A stretch of 64,000 nt of DNA from Acidimicrobiia bacterium (GTDB lineage: Bacteria; Actinomycetota; Acidimicrobiia; IMCC26256; PALSA-555), in contig JBBECS010000050.1 of the NCBI GenBank assembly GCA_040881685.1, positions 9,779-73,778 on the forward strand, given 5' to 3'. Numbering within the stretch: position 1 is the first letter of the stretch; each line of letters opens with the position of its first letter. This document shows positions 50,083 to 58,642 of the stretch, piece after piece. The translations under genes were made by a program, and so were the position numbers. Below the pieces are notes generated by a model. That model ran no database searches, was not told where the DNA came from, and was given only the letters and a program-made list of their open reading frames with translations.

Positions 50083-50185
50083 AAAAGAAAGGAGGCCCAG
50101 GAGACCGTTGGGGCAACTGCTTAGCCCACCTCGCCGTTGGCGAGCGGGTTATCGCAGCCTTCTCTACTTGGTCTCCTGAGCCCCC
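50083..50185 (-). ncRNA. Candidate rod-shaped structured RNA / attenuator with U-tract
   Basis: 16-bp outer stem, internal bubble, inner stems, then UUUCUUUU; imperfect pairs are G-U only on the minus strand. Confidence 0.55.
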
Positions 50186-50205
50186 GGTGCCCGCGTGTCC
50201 GGCAC
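50164..50205 (-). CDS. Candidate 13-aa uORF MPDTRAPGAQETK
   Basis: GAGGAGGAG Shine-Dalgarno 9 nt before GTG; stop codon lies just past the 5' arm of the hairpin. Confidence 0.35.
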   Translation of the reverse strand: MPDTRAPGAQETK

Positions 50206-50362
50206 GCCGGCGCGCTCCTCCTCGAGGTCGCGACGACAACCGGGGTCGGGACGACAGGTAGTACGCCCGAAGAACCGCTCCGCTGTCAAGCGCGCGATCA
50301 CCGGCCTGACCTGCACTGTCGCGCGTTGATGCTGGTCACCGCCTCGCGATTTTCGTGGTCCG

Positions 50363-51961
50363 TCAACGAGCAGCGCGCTTGGCCTCGGCCGCGCGCTCGG
50401 ACTCGAGCCGCTCGAGCCCGTACGTCTCGTGATCGACGTGGCGCATCGCCGCGGCAAGGGCCCGGTGGCCCGCCTGCTGTTCGATGAGGTGGTGCATCTC
50501 CTGGCAGACCCGACGGTACGCCGGATGGCCCTGAGGCGACGTCCGCAGCTCGAGCATGTGCATCGCCTCACGAGCGTTCAGCTGCATCGCGAAGCGCACT
50601 CGGTGCGCGAGCGCGACCGCGTACGGAGCCTCGCGTGGGAAGAGGTCGAAGATGTCGTCGTGCAGAGCCGCCGATCGCTCCATGGTCTCGTCGAACTCCG
50701 CCGTCAGCCCAGCGTCCCCCACCTCGTCCGGCACCTCGTAGCCGTGCTCGGGCGTGAGCGCCTGCCATTCGATGGTCAGCATCCGGTGGCGCTGGAGGTC
50801 GCGGAAGGCCCCGTAATCGGTCAGCACGTCGAATCGGTAACCGGTCCGCTCGAACGCGCGCCCGGGCTTGTGTCGCCGGTTGGCGCGGTCCCCCACGTAT
50901 GCGTCGAGCAGGGCCAACCGATCGTCGGCGCCAAGCGCGCGGACCCGCCGCAGCACCTGGTCGTCTGGCATGGCGACGTTCGGATAACAGATCGCGGCCA
51001 GGACCTTGTCTTCGCCCTCCGGGTCGAAGTCGGTCAGCGCGACGGCCGGACGCGGCTCGGGATCGACGTCCGCGAAGATCCGCGCGACCACCGCCTCGGT
51101 CTCGACGCGCGTCTGCTCGAGGTAGTCACTCCACGCGATACCACGATCTTCGCGGTCGACTCGTGTGAGGAACGAAGGGATCACCTTGCGCAGCTCGTCG
51201 AGCATCATGGCGGCGTAGACGCGGGCTTCGGGCAAGGGATGCGCGCGCATCCGCAGCAGCAACGCCTCGAAGGCTTGGCCGGTCCCGTAGATGCCCACGT
51301 TCGAGAGCGTCGCCGCGGGGAGCAACCCACGCGCGGCATCGCACGCCTTCGCCTTGATCGTCTGCTTGTAGACGAAGTCGGTGTCACCAGCCTGCTTCGG
51401 GAACGCCTCTCGGGCCCAGTCGGTCAGCAGCGGGAGACATCGTGAATAGGTGTCGAAGCTGGCGTCCATGTCGGCGATGTACCGGAGACCGAGTTCTGAC
51501 TCGAGCACGCTCCGCGGGCGGTAGAAGCGGTACCGGCCGTCGAGGCGAGTGTCGTATGGGATGTAACGAGTGGACTGCTCGAGGTACGCCATGAGGCGCC
51601 CCCACTCAAGGATCTTCGTCAACACGTTCGACGCCTGCTCGCACGCCAGGTGCACACCACCGAGCTGCGCGACCGAGTCGTCGCCGTATTCGAGGAACAC
51701 GCGGTCGTAGAGCTCCTCGGCTCGAGTCAAGCCGATGCTCGCGTCGACCGTGAGGTCGCCGGTGAGGTCAAGATCGCCGACGAACTCGTCGAGGAAGAGC
51801 CGGCGGAGGCTCTTCGGCGACCGCGAGTACCGCGCGAACAAGGCCCCCTTGACGACCTCGGGCAGGTTGACCAACGCGAACACCGGGCAGTCGAGGCTCG
51901 TGAAGTACGGCCGGAGCGTCGTCTCTTCGTCGGCGGTGAAGCGCTCGACCGCGTACTGCAT
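50363..51961 (-). CDS. thyX: FAD-dependent thymidylate synthase, tandem-domain type
   Basis: ALFARYSRS, EQSTRY, ARGLLPA in the N-half; DLQRHR, NARE in the C-half; 532 aa. Confidence 0.85.
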   Translation of the reverse strand: MQYAVERFTADEETTLRPYFTSLDCPVFALVNLPEVVKGALFARYSRSPKSLRRLFLDEFVGDLDLTGDLTVDASIGLTRAEELYDRVFLEYGDDSVAQLGGVHLACEQASNVLTKILEWGRLMAYLEQSTRYIPYDTRLDGRYRFYRPRSVLESELGLRYIADMDASFDTYSRCLPLLTDWAREAFPKQAGDTDFVYKQTIKAKACDAARGLLPAATLSNVGIYGTGQAFEALLLRMRAHPLPEARVYAAMMLDELRKVIPSFLTRVDREDRGIAWSDYLEQTRVETEAVVARIFADVDPEPRPAVALTDFDPEGEDKVLAAICYPNVAMPDDQVLRRVRALGADDRLALLDAYVGDRANRRHKPGRAFERTGYRFDVLTDYGAFRDLQRHRMLTIEWQALTPEHGYEVPDEVGDAGLTAEFDETMERSAALHDDIFDLFPREAPYAVALAHRVRFAMQLNAREAMHMLELRTSPQGHPAYRRVCQEMHHLIEQQAGHRALAAAMRHVDHETYGLERLESERAAEAKRAAR

Positions 51962-52082
51962 CTTGGTGCTGTCCTCGATCCTCGATCGGGTCTCGTCTCG
52001 CCGCCTCGGCTCCCGTCGGCCGGGACGGTCGCCGATGGTACCGACGGCCCCCCGCTGCCCCAGGGATGGAGCCAGGAGGCGG

Positions 52083-52757
52083 CTACGGAACCAGCGTCAG
52101 GGCACCGGGCGCCAACGCCACCCGGGCCGTCCGGGCCCGGCCACCCCTCACCCCGTCGACCTCACATCGAACCGGGCGGTCCCAGCGGACGGTGACCGAC
52201 GACCCCTGGGTCGTGTGGATCCCTGGGTGCGGAAGGTGGGTCCCGGTGGCCAACCGCGCGCGCATCTGCTTGGCCTGCGCGGAACCCATCGCGTACACGT
52301 GCACTTCGAGGCGGCCGTCGCCAGGATGGCCACGCGGAACCACGTCGAGGCCACGCAGGTACTCACCGTTGGCGACGACCACGCCGGTCGCACCGTTGTC
52401 CCACACCACTCGACCGTCCACTTCCACCCGGCACTTCCGAGATCGAAAGACCGCGCGCCGACGGTCAGGGGCCGTGCCCAGCACCACCATGTTGACCGCT
52501 GCGCCGATCGTGTCGACCATGAGCACGTCCAGTGAGACTGGAGCACGCAGCCCCGCTCCAGCAGTGAGCCCGAGCGCGCGCGCGATGTCGCTCGTGGAGT
52601 CGGGCACAAAGCGCACGCTGGCACCTGGCTGAGCCATCGCCGCCTCGGCCAATCGTGCATCACCGCCGACGACCCCGATGACGTGATCGCCCTCGAGCCC
52701 GCCGTCGGTCGTCACGAGGCCACAACGGTGGCGGCGCGGATCACCCCTCGCAAGCAC
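52083..52757 (-). CDS. Degenerate diacylglycerol-kinase/YegS-like protein (start uncertain)
   Basis: VGGDA, VVVANGEY, HPGDGRLEV, EVDG, LAPGALTL. Confidence 0.65.
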   Translation of the reverse strand: MLARGDPRRHRCGLVTTDGGLEGDHVIGVVGGDARLAEAAMAQPGASVRFVPDSTSDIARALGLTAGAGLRAPVSLDVLMVDTIGAAVNMVVLGTAPDRRRAVFRSRKCRVEVDGRVVWDNGATGVVVANGEYLRGLDVVPRGHPGDGRLEVHVYAMGSAQAKQMRARLATGTHLPHPGIHTTQGSSVTVRWDRPVRCEVDGVRGGRARTARVALAPGALTLVP

Positions 52758-55330
52758 GCGTCAATGCCCGAACGAGCCGTCGCCCTGGTCGTCTCGTCCG
52801 GCGCGCCGTCGGCGATCTGACCGAGCAGGTCGACGCACTGCTTGATGTTGCGGACGAAGTCGCCGCCGGCGAGCTCGTCATCGTCGAGGATCGCCACCAG
52901 CTCGTCACCGTTCGCCCATTCGTATGCGTACGGCGTGAAGCCGGGATCCGGCGCTCGGGTCTGCGGCAACCCTGCGTCGCTCTCCGCCGCGCTGAGCGAA
53001 CGCCACAACCGCTCCACCCCGCGTGCGCGCTCGGCCACGCGACCGCTCGGCCATCGCATCGGAGGCGCGGGATCCCCACCGTCCGACCCCCGGCGCTCGT
53101 AGGCAAAGCACGACACGACCGCCACGGTCTCGGGCACCGTGAGACCGTCGAGCAAACCCTCGCGCAACGACTCGGCCAGCAACAGGTCGGTCTCGGTGTA
53201 CAGCCGCGCCAGCAGCTCCCCTGCCGGTGCCAGTGTCCATCCATCGACGTAAGCCCACGACTCGAGCAGCTGACGAACCTGGTCCAGCTGACGGGCCAGG
53301 CTCTCGTTCCGACCGCGAACGCGCCGCTCGATCCGCTGAATGTCACGTTCGAGCCGTTCGATCGCTATTACCGCGCGCACGCGCGCTTCCCGTTGCTGGT
53401 CGGAGTTCACGGGATGATCCGCGATCGCGTCGGAGAGCTCCTCCACCCGGTCCGCGCTCGAACGCCCCCGCGACTGGCGCGCACGTACACGTCGCAAGGC
53501 ATCGCCGGCCTCCCGTTGGAACGCACGGCTGCGCGGGGCGAACGGCTCGGGCAGCTCGATGCGAGCGACCGCCTCCGGAACATGCTCGAAGTCGTCGGTC
53601 CCGAGGCGAACGAGTTGCCGCGATGGTGACAACGCGAGCAAGCGCGGACCGCTCCGGCGCTCGTCGTGCGCGAGGACGACCACCTTGCCGCGCCGGCGCG
53701 TCCAGACAACGTCTCCTGGTTGCAGCGCGAGCAGCGCATTCGCAGCCCGGCGGTTCGAGCCTCGGTCCCGCCGGACTTCGTCGAGCTCGAGCCGCAGCTT
53801 CCGGTACTCAGCGACGTCGCCGTGCGGACTCTTCGCCCGCTCGTGCTCGCGCTCGAGGTCGACCCGGGCGCGCTCGAGCTGACGCTCGAGCGCCACGACG
53901 TCGCGGTCGGCATGGAACTGAGCGAATGACAGGTTGAGCAGGTGGTGCGCGGCTCCACTCGTGTAGCGCCGCACGAGGTTGACGGTCATGTTGTACGTGG
54001 GTCGGAACGACGACCGCAGCGCGTCGGTTCGGCGTGAGGCCAATCCCGCGACCTGCTCGAAGGGCACCCACGGGCTCCAGCACACGACCGCGTAGCCCAC
54101 GTCGTCGATCCCCCGCCGGCCGGCTCGCCCGGTGAGCTGCGTGTACTCACCGGGCGTCAGCATCTCGTGGCGCTCCCCGGTGAACTTCGTCAGCTTTTCG
54201 ATCACCACCGAGCGCGCCGGCATATTGATGCCGAGCGCCAGGGTCTCCGTTGCGAACACGACCTTGATGAGTCCGGCCGCGAATGCCTCCTCGACCGCTT
54301 CCTTCATCGGCGGCACGAGACCGGCATGGTGCGAGGCCAAACCGGCTTCGAGTCCGGCTCGCCACGCCGGGTATCCCAACGCGTGCAAGTCGTCCTCGGC
54401 GATGCCCTCGGTGTGAGCGTCGGCAATGGCCCGGATGCGCGCGGCCTCGTCCGGCGTTGTGAGTCGCGTACCGCTGGCCCGGCATTGTTCGACCGCCTGC
54501 TCACACCCGGCCCGACTGAAGACGAACACGATCGCGGGGAGCAGCCGCTCCTGCACCATCAGATCCAGCATCTCGACGCGCTGAGGAGGGCGGAGACCAC
54601 TGGGCACCCGGCCCCGCACGCGGGGGCCGCGCCCCATTCGCCGATCGAGCTTAATCACCTGTGGATTCGGCGCGAGGTCGTCTTCGCTCCCCACGAAGGT
54701 AGGCAGAAGGTGGAGCGCGTCAACACCCCGCTCCCCCACGAGGTACCGGTGGTGGAGCACGACCGGCCGGCGCTCTTCGATCACCGCAGCGGTCGAGCCG
54801 CGAACAGTCTCGATCCACTCCGCGAGCTCCTCGGCGTTCGACACCGTGGCGGACAGACACACGAGATCGATCTCCGGCGCCAGATGGATGATCACCTCTT
54901 CCCAGACGGCACCCCGATACCGGTCCTGGAGGAAATGCACCTCGTCGAGCACGACGTAGCGCAGACCCTCGAGCGTCCCCGATGCTGCGTAGATCATGTT
55001 GCGCAGCACCTCTGTGGTCATCACCACGATCGGCGCGTCACCGTTCACCGAGTTGTCGCCCGTCAGCAGACCGACGCGATCCTGGCCGTATGCCTTGCGA
55101 AAGTCACCGAACTTCTGGTTCGACAACGCCTTGAGCGGGGTCGTGTAGAACACCTTGCCGCCGAGCGCGAGCGAGCGCTCGATCGCGTACTCGGCGACGA
55201 GCGTCTTGCCCGACCCGGTCGGCGCGGCGACGAGGACCGAGCGACCCGCGTCGAGCGCATCGATCGCCTGGCGCTGGAACTCGTCGAGCGGAAATCCCCG
55301 CGCCGCCTCGAACTCGGCGCGGTGGCTCAC
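52712..55330 (-). CDS. helY: Ski2-like DEAH RNA helicase HelY
   Basis: APTGSGKT, PLKALSNQK, DEVH, SAT, ATETLALGINMP, QLTGRAGRRG, GDFVR. Confidence 0.95.
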   Translation of the reverse strand: MSHRAEFEAARGFPLDEFQRQAIDALDAGRSVLVAAPTGSGKTLVAEYAIERSLALGGKVFYTTPLKALSNQKFGDFRKAYGQDRVGLLTGDNSVNGDAPIVVMTTEVLRNMIYAASGTLEGLRYVVLDEVHFLQDRYRGAVWEEVIIHLAPEIDLVCLSATVSNAEELAEWIETVRGSTAAVIEERRPVVLHHRYLVGERGVDALHLLPTFVGSEDDLAPNPQVIKLDRRMGRGPRVRGRVPSGLRPPQRVEMLDLMVQERLLPAIVFVFSRAGCEQAVEQCRASGTRLTTPDEAARIRAIADAHTEGIAEDDLHALGYPAWRAGLEAGLASHHAGLVPPMKEAVEEAFAAGLIKVVFATETLALGINMPARSVVIEKLTKFTGERHEMLTPGEYTQLTGRAGRRGIDDVGYAVVCWSPWVPFEQVAGLASRRTDALRSSFRPTYNMTVNLVRRYTSGAAHHLLNLSFAQFHADRDVVALERQLERARVDLEREHERAKSPHGDVAEYRKLRLELDEVRRDRGSNRRAANALLALQPGDVVWTRRRGKVVVLAHDERRSGPRLLALSPSRQLVRLGTDDFEHVPEAVARIELPEPFAPRSRAFQREAGDALRRVRARQSRGRSSADRVEELSDAIADHPVNSDQQREARVRAVIAIERLERDIQRIERRVRGRNESLARQLDQVRQLLESWAYVDGWTLAPAGELLARLYTETDLLLAESLREGLLDGLTVPETVAVVSCFAYERRGSDGGDPAPPMRWPSGRVAERARGVERLWRSLSAAESDAGLPQTRAPDPGFTPYAYEWANGDELVAILDDDELAGGDFVRNIKQCVDLLGQIADGAPDETTRATARSGIDACLRGVIRAATVVAS

Positions 55331-55560
55331 CCCGGAGCTGTGCTCGGCGTGGTCGTGGATGAGGGCGGGGGGGTCGTCGTGGCGGTGATCGGCGGTGGGG
55401 TGAACTCGGGTATGTCCGCGTCGGGGTCATCGGGCGCGAGGAGCCAGATGAGGGCTGACGCCACGGCTACGACGAGAGCAACCCCGAGCACGGCGGTGAG
55501 CACCTCACCGCGGGGGCGCGGCGGGCGGTATCCACGCGCGGGCGCGCGCGACGGGCTCAT
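55327..55560 (-). CDS. Small single-TM protein with Pro/Thr-rich tail
   Basis: ATGA/GTGA overlaps with tatC and helY; one hydrophobic helix. Confidence 0.65.
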   Translation of the reverse strand: MSPSRAPARGYRPPRPRGEVLTAVLGVALVVAVASALIWLLAPDDPDADIPEFTPPPITATTTPPPSSTTTPSTAPG

Positions 55561-56288
55561 CGCTTGAGCGCCTTCCCGATCAGGATGCTGCCCTCGTAGA
55601 AGAAGTACATCGGTAGAGCCATGAAGAACAGAGAGTAGGGGTCCTGGCTCGGCGTGATCACCGCAGCGAAGGCGAAGATCAGCACGACGGCCCACCGACG
55701 CCACTTCACCAGCCGCTGCACGCTCAGCACCCGGGCGATCAGCAGGAACACCAGGATGACCGGAAACTCGAAGGCCAAGCCGAACGCGAGGATCATCAGT
55801 GTGACCAGCGAGATGTACTTGTCTGCGGTGAGCAGGGGCTGGAGATCCTCACCACCAGCGCTGAGGAGGAAGTCGAGCGCCTGGGGCAACGTGATCAGCG
55901 CGACGACACCGCCGAGCACGAAAAGCAGCACCGACGTGAGGACGAACGGCACCGCGTAGCGCTTCTCGCGTACGTGCAGGCCAGGCGTGATGAAGCGCCA
56001 CAGCTGCCAGAGCCACACCGGGACCGCGAGCAGGATGCCGCCGTACGTCGCCACGCGCAGGCGGGTGACGAAGGCGTCGACGGGCCCGGTGAAGATGAAG
56101 TAGTGCTTCGTGCCCTTGGGGGCAGCGTCGATGTAGAAGTCCAGCAGCTCCCTGATGACGTCGGGGGCGAACACGTAGGCGACCACCGCGAACGCGATGA
56201 CCGCAACGAGCGAGATCATGATCCGCCGCCGGAGCTCAGTGAGGTGCTCGACGACGGTCATGCGGCCGTCGTGGGCGCGTGGAGCCAC
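55557..56288 (-). CDS. tatC: Twin-arginine translocase TatC
   Basis: MTVVEHLTELRRR, WQLWRFITPGL, FGLAFEFP, ITPSQDP. Confidence 0.96.
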   Translation of the reverse strand: MAPRAHDGRMTVVEHLTELRRRIMISLVAVIAFAVVAYVFAPDVIRELLDFYIDAAPKGTKHYFIFTGPVDAFVTRLRVATYGGILLAVPVWLWQLWRFITPGLHVREKRYAVPFVLTSVLLFVLGGVVALITLPQALDFLLSAGGEDLQPLLTADKYISLVTLMILAFGLAFEFPVILVFLLIARVLSVQRLVKWRRWAVVLIFAFAAVITPSQDPYSLFFMALPMYFFYEGSILIGKALKR

Positions 56289-56291
56289 GGG

Positions 56292-56606
56292 TTACTGCGG
56301 GTCGGTCGGTGTCGCCGGGTCGGGAGGTGGCCCGGCGTCATCGATGTCGGGCGTCGACACCGCGTCACCGGCCTGGGCAGTCGGCGTGTCCTCAGCGAGG
56401 GGCGGGAGGGTTGGCGCGGGCTCGACGTGGTCCGACTCGTCGTCGGCGAGCACGTCGTCGAAGTCGCTCCGCAGGGTCTGCTGGAACTTCCGGATCTCGC
56501 GCACGCCTTTGCCGACCTGCCGACCGATCTCGGGGAGCCGGTTCGGTCCGAACACGAGCAGCGCGATCACGAAGATCACGAGGATCTCGGCTGGGCCGAG
56601 CGACAC
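56292..56606 (-). CDS. tatA: Twin-arginine translocase TatA/TatB subunit
   Basis: LGPAEILVI..LLVFGPNRLPEIGRQVG. Confidence 0.9.
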   Translation of the reverse strand: MSLGPAEILVIFVIALLVFGPNRLPEIGRQVGKGVREIRKFQQTLRSDFDDVLADDESDHVEPAPTLPPLAEDTPTAQAGDAVSTPDIDDAGPPPDPATPTDPQ

Positions 56607-56707
56607 GCAGCGCTCCTTGTCCCCTGGGTTTCAGCGCACCTTGCTCCGCGGGATCGTACCGCCGCGGGTCTGGGTAGCTGCCTTGGGCGCGAGCCGAAGG
56701 CGGAGGC

Positions 56708-57046
56708 TCAAGCCGGTGTGTCGCCGACGAGGGCGTTGAGATGGTCGGCCCAGTCGCCACGTTCGAGAAGGAGGTGGAAGTCGAGGAGATCGTCGGGCGT
56801 GAGCGCGGGCCCGTCGTGGGCCTCCTGGAGCTCGGCGGGCAGCCGCCAGACCTCCTCGCGGACTCCTACCGAGACCAGCAGGGCACAGATCGCCGGGGTC
56901 GCCTCGTGGACGACGGCGCCGGCGCAGCGCGGGCAGCGGAAGCGATAGGCACCGCGGTCGTCGTCGACGCACACCCGGACGGTGAGGTCGACGACCCGCA
57001 AGCGGACCGCTCCGCAGCTCTGGCACTCGGCCTTGATCGTTGCCAC
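56708..57046 (-). CDS. Hypothetical Cys-motif protein (CxxC..C..CxxC)
   Basis: CQSC, YRFRCPRC, C-terminal LTPDDLLDFH. Confidence 0.75.
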   Translation of the reverse strand: MATIKAECQSCGAVRLRVVDLTVRVCVDDDRGAYRFRCPRCAGAVVHEATPAICALLVSVGVREEVWRLPAELQEAHDGPALTPDDLLDFHLLLERGDWADHLNALVGDTPA

Positions 57047-57055
57047 ACAGGGTCC

Positions 57056-57081
57056 ATCGGCACGGCCCCAGGGGCCCTTGA
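57056..57081 (-). promoter_or_regulatory. Sigma28 (FliA/WhiG)-type promoter, probably leaderless
   Basis: TCAAG-N15-GCCGATGG, then 7 nt, then the GTG start at 57046. Confidence 0.6.
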
Positions 57082-57142
57082 GGCCCGGTTCCGGGGCCTA
57101 CGGTCAAGATCCGCCCAACGGCGCCCGTACGATGCGGCCTCC

Positions 57143-57850
57143 GTGACCCCCATCACTTTCGCCCATCGCGGGGCAAGAGCCCAGCACCCCGAGAACACGC
57201 TCCCCGCCTTCCGGTATGCCATCGAGCACGGCGCTCGAGGCCTCGAGACCGATGCCTGGCTCTCGGGCGACGGGCAGGTGGTCCTCGTGCACAACAGCTG
57301 GGTACGGGGCGCCCGCCTGGGTGTGGTCCCCCGCCGGATCCCGGTTCCGACGACCAGCGCCGCCCGTCTCCACGACCTGGGGGTGCCCCGGCTGGCCGAC
57401 CTGTACGAGAAGCTCGGGTCGGCCTACGAGCTCTCGATCGACCTGAAGGACGGCGGCGTGGGCGAGCGGATCGTCGAGCTCGCCCGCGAGTCGGGCGACC
57501 CGGGCCGGCTCTGGCTGTGCTCGCCGTCCCGGCGCGCGTTGCGGGCGCTGCGTGACGTGGCTCCGGATGTGCACCTCGTGCACTCGCAGACGAAATCCCG
57601 CCTCCAGACGCCACTCGAGCGACACGCCGCTGACCTCGCCGAGGCGCGCATCGAGGTGATGAACATGCACCACTCGGAGTGGACCGCGGGCTTGGTCGCG
57701 CTGTTCCACCGCTTCGAGGTCAAGGCGTTCGCATGGGACACACAAGAAGTGCGTCACCTGCAAGCCATGCACACGATCGGCATCGACGCGGTCTACTCCG
57801 ACCACGTCGCGCGCATGGTCGAGACAATCGACGGGCCGGCCGCTAGCTAA
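57143..57850 (+). CDS. Glycerophosphodiester phosphodiesterase family protein
   Basis: FAHRGA..PENT, LETD, VLVH, IDLK, VYSD. Confidence 0.9.
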   Translation: MTPITFAHRGARAQHPENTLPAFRYAIEHGARGLETDAWLSGDGQVVLVHNSWVRGARLGVVPRRIPVPTTSAARLHDLGVPRLADLYEKLGSAYELSIDLKDGGVGERIVELARESGDPGRLWLCSPSRRALRALRDVAPDVHLVHSQTKSRLQTPLERHAADLAEARIEVMNMHHSEWTAGLVALFHRFEVKAFAWDTQEVRHLQAMHTIGIDAVYSDHVARMVETIDGPAAS

Positions 57851-58599
57851 AGAAAACCAATATCACCGATGGGCCAGATGCGGACGAAGACGCGGCCGAT
57901 GATGAGGTCCTGATCGATCGGGCCGAACACGCGGCCGTCGCGGGAGCTCAGGCGATTGTCACCGAGCACGAGCACTGTGCCCGCCGGGACGACGCATCCT
58001 GCCTCGGCGCCGGCTGGTTCACCGCACGGCTTGGTCCCGGCGTCGTTCACACAGGACGGCTCCGACGGCGTCTGCTCGTCGAAGTCTGTCCGGGCGCCCT
58101 CGGGCAGGTAGGGCTCTTTCAGGACGCGTCCGTTGATCAGCACGGACCCGTTCGCATCCGCGGTCACGGTGTCACCGGGGAGTCCGATCACCCGCTTCAC
58201 GAAGTCCTCCACGTCGTCGGTGCGAGCGCACGCCGGTGCCTCGAAAACGACGATGTCGCCACGGTTCACATCGTGGAACTCGTAGCTCAGCTTGTTCACG
58301 AGGACGCGGTCCTTGACGTCGAGCGTGGGCTGCATCGAAGCCGAGGGGATGTAGAAGGCCTGAAAGAGGAAGGTCTTGATGAGCACCGCGATCGTGACGG
58401 CTGCCACGATCAGCAGCACCCACTCGACCACGATGCGCTCGAAGCGACTCAGACGTCGTCGGGACTTCGGCGGCGACCCGTCGTCGATCCCACTGCCTTG
58501 AATCCTCGACGCGGGGAGGACCGCGGTCGCGTCTCCGTCGTATCCTCCAGGCCCCGTCGGGCCAGCATTGGTCACGAAGGGTGCTCCACGGCGGCCCAT
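57847..58599 (-). CDS. lepB: Signal peptidase I (start uncertain)
   Basis: IPSASMQPTL, VKRVIGLPGD, LGDNR..SRDGR.FG. Confidence 0.95.
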   Translation of the reverse strand: MGRRGAPFVTNAGPTGPGGYDGDATAVLPASRIQGSGIDDGSPPKSRRRLSRFERIVVEWVLLIVAAVTIAVLIKTFLFQAFYIPSASMQPTLDVKDRVLVNKLSYEFHDVNRGDIVVFEAPACARTDDVEDFVKRVIGLPGDTVTADANGSVLINGRVLKEPYLPEGARTDFDEQTPSEPSCVNDAGTKPCGEPAGAEAGCVVPAGTVLVLGDNRLSSRDGRVFGPIDQDLIIGRVFVRIWPIGDIGFL

Positions 58600-58642
58600 C
58601 CTCGCACGTCGGGGCGCGTGCTCCGGGCTCGGGTCGAGGGCG

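Noticed and set aside
50091-50185. SRP (4.5S) RNA
   Set aside because: The length and rod shape fit, but the GNRA tetraloop and the CAGG/AGCA symmetric loop of helix 8 are missing.
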